From a virus (taxonomy: Duplodnaviria; Caudoviricetes): a stretch of DNA of 26,137 nt. This document shows positions 24,823 through 26,137 of this stretch, piece by piece. Made by a program: the position numbers and the translations under genes. Where the stretch lies: the IMG/VR virus record IMGVR_UViG_3300043414_000445, positions 1 through 26,137 of that record; one strand, given 5' to 3'. How positions within the stretch are numbered: the first letter of the stretch is position 1; the number at the start of each line of letters is the position of its first letter. The notes below the pieces were generated by a model. That model searched no databases. It saw only the letters and a program-made list of their open reading frames with translations, and was not told the DNA's origin.

Positions 24823-25298
24823 GCAAGAGCCTGCGCCCCGACGTCATCAACAAGCGCGTGCTGGAGTCGTACCCCGGCAGCACTGCCGTCATCGCCAGCG
24901 AGAAGGTTGCCGCCAAGATGCGGGAGTGCGGGGTCAAGATCACGGGGCGCACCATCCGCAGCTACGCCAAGGCTGAGCGCCGACCGTCGGAGAAGTTCTG
25001 CATCATCTTTGCCCAGGCATACGGGCCCTTCGAGCAGGATGACTGGATGGATCGAGAAGAACTGCCGAAGCCGTACACCAGCCCGCGGCGCCCTGAGCTG
25101 AGTGCAGCAGAGAAGGAAGCCCGACGCTTGCAGATGCTTGTGGCACGATTCTGCAACTGGTGCGTTGGTGGTGACTTCGGCAGCGATAAGGTGCTGCGAT
25201 GCCCCGACGCAACCTGCGTGCTGCGTCCAGCATCACCGCTGCCACTTGCAAGCAACGCTGCCACGAAGCGCGTGGCGTCACCTGATAGGTGGGACTGA
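24819..25298 (+). CDS. XRE-like HTH protein with C-terminal Cys4 domain
   Basis: ITGRTIRSYAKAERRPSEKFCIIFAQAYG; FCNWCVGG...CPDATCVLRP. Confidence 0.65.
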   Translation: MSKSLRPDVINKRVLESYPGSTAVIASEKVAAKMRECGVKITGRTIRSYAKAERRPSEKFCIIFAQAYGPFEQDDWMDREELPKPYTSPRRPELSAAEKEARRLQMLVARFCNWCVGGDFGSDKVLRCPDATCVLRPASPLPLASNAATKRVASPDRWD

Positions 25299-25772
25299 GT
25301 GCCGTACAATCGCCGCACGCCGTCACCTAGTGGCGGCCCCCTCCCCGGCGCTGCATCCTCCCAGCGTCGGGGAGCTATACCCTCACTGCGTGAGCAGGTC
25401 ACTGCATACCTGAACGCCAACCGTGACGTCATGCACCTGAAGCAGTGGACGCTCAAGGTGAGCAACGACATCCCAGCCGACGACTCATGGGCTGACGTTG
25501 AGGTCAGCGAGAATCTCTGGGAAGCCAGCGTTCGACTGAGCGGGGACTTCTTCAAGGAGACGCCAGAGAGTCAGCGCCGCATCCTTGCCCACGAACTGAT
25601 GCACGTTCACAACGCTGCACTGGAGCGACTGATCGGCACGCTGAGCGGGGTGCTCGGCTCCCAAGCCTACGAACTGCTTGAGAAGGTGTGGGACATCGAA
25701 GGCGAGCGAGTCGCTGAGGCGCTCTCGTTCGTGGTGGCTGAGGTGCTGCCGCTCCCAGACTTCAAGGCGTGA
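25299..25772 (+). CDS. HExxH zinc metallopeptidase-like protein (start uncertain)
   Basis: RRILAHELMHVH followed by EGERVAE. Confidence 0.7.
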   Translation: MPYNRRTPSPSGGPLPGAASSQRRGAIPSLREQVTAYLNANRDVMHLKQWTLKVSNDIPADDSWADVEVSENLWEASVRLSGDFFKETPESQRRILAHELMHVHNAALERLIGTLSGVLGSQAYELLEKVWDIEGERVAEALSFVVAEVLPLPDFKA

Positions 25773-26116
25773 GCCCCCTACGCTTCGCCCGGGCTTGCCT
25801 TACCTGCGGCATCTTGCAGCGAGTGGGCAACCGTTGCCAACCCTGCGCCAACAAGATCGTCACGAAGCGAGAGCATGAACGCTATGGCCCGAACGGGCGC
25901 AGCGTGTATGCCGACCCTGAGTGGCGCAAGCTGAGCCAACAGATGCGCGAAGAGTTCGGCTGGTGTTTTGCATGCAAGTCGACCACTGACTTGACGGTCG
26001 ATCACGTGACGCCACTCATGCCGGGGCAGTCTCCCGTCGTCCCAATATCTGAGCTAGTGGTGCTCTGTCGCTCGTGCCATGGCAAGAAGACGGCACGGGG
26101 GCGGGTTAGAATCTAG
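25769..26116 (+). CDS. HNH endonuclease (packaging-associated, HK97 gp74-like position)
   Basis: CFAC, TVDHVTP, LCRSCHGKKT; last gene before terS if circular. Confidence 0.9.
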   Translation: MSPLRFARACLTCGILQRVGNRCQPCANKIVTKREHERYGPNGRSVYADPEWRKLSQQMREEFGWCFACKSTTDLTVDHVTPLMPGQSPVVPISELVVLCRSCHGKKTARGRVRI

Positions 26117-26137
26117 CGATGACATACCCTCAGGTAT

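Overview
The window looks like an essentially complete, GC-rich, ~26 kb siphovirus genome with every credible gene on the + strand. Order: terminase small/large subunits, HK97-type portal, prohead protease, major capsid, head-tail joining genes, major tail, frameshifted tail chaperone, short tape measure, tail tip and S74-chaperone fibre. A membrane/lysis block and a metallophosphoesterase cassette follow. A sigma70-like promoter at ~18154 then precedes an early region (AEP primase domain, YqaJ exonuclease, Rad52/Sak, replication initiator, dNMP kinase, resolvase, RlpA-like protein, HTH, HExxH peptidase) ending in a packaging-associated HNH. I recognised no integrase, DNA polymerase, helicase, tRNA, CRISPR array or classical peptidoglycan endolysin. 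Two 'nested fusion' genes stand out, each with an in-frame internal RBS+ATG: a HAD phosphatase fused to the prohead protease, and a C39-like cysteine peptidase fused to a holin. The latter sits beside a secreted, membrane-anchored PA14 lectin, suggesting an unusual protease-based lysis/cell-surface module. All family assignments come from reading motifs by eye; no searches were run.
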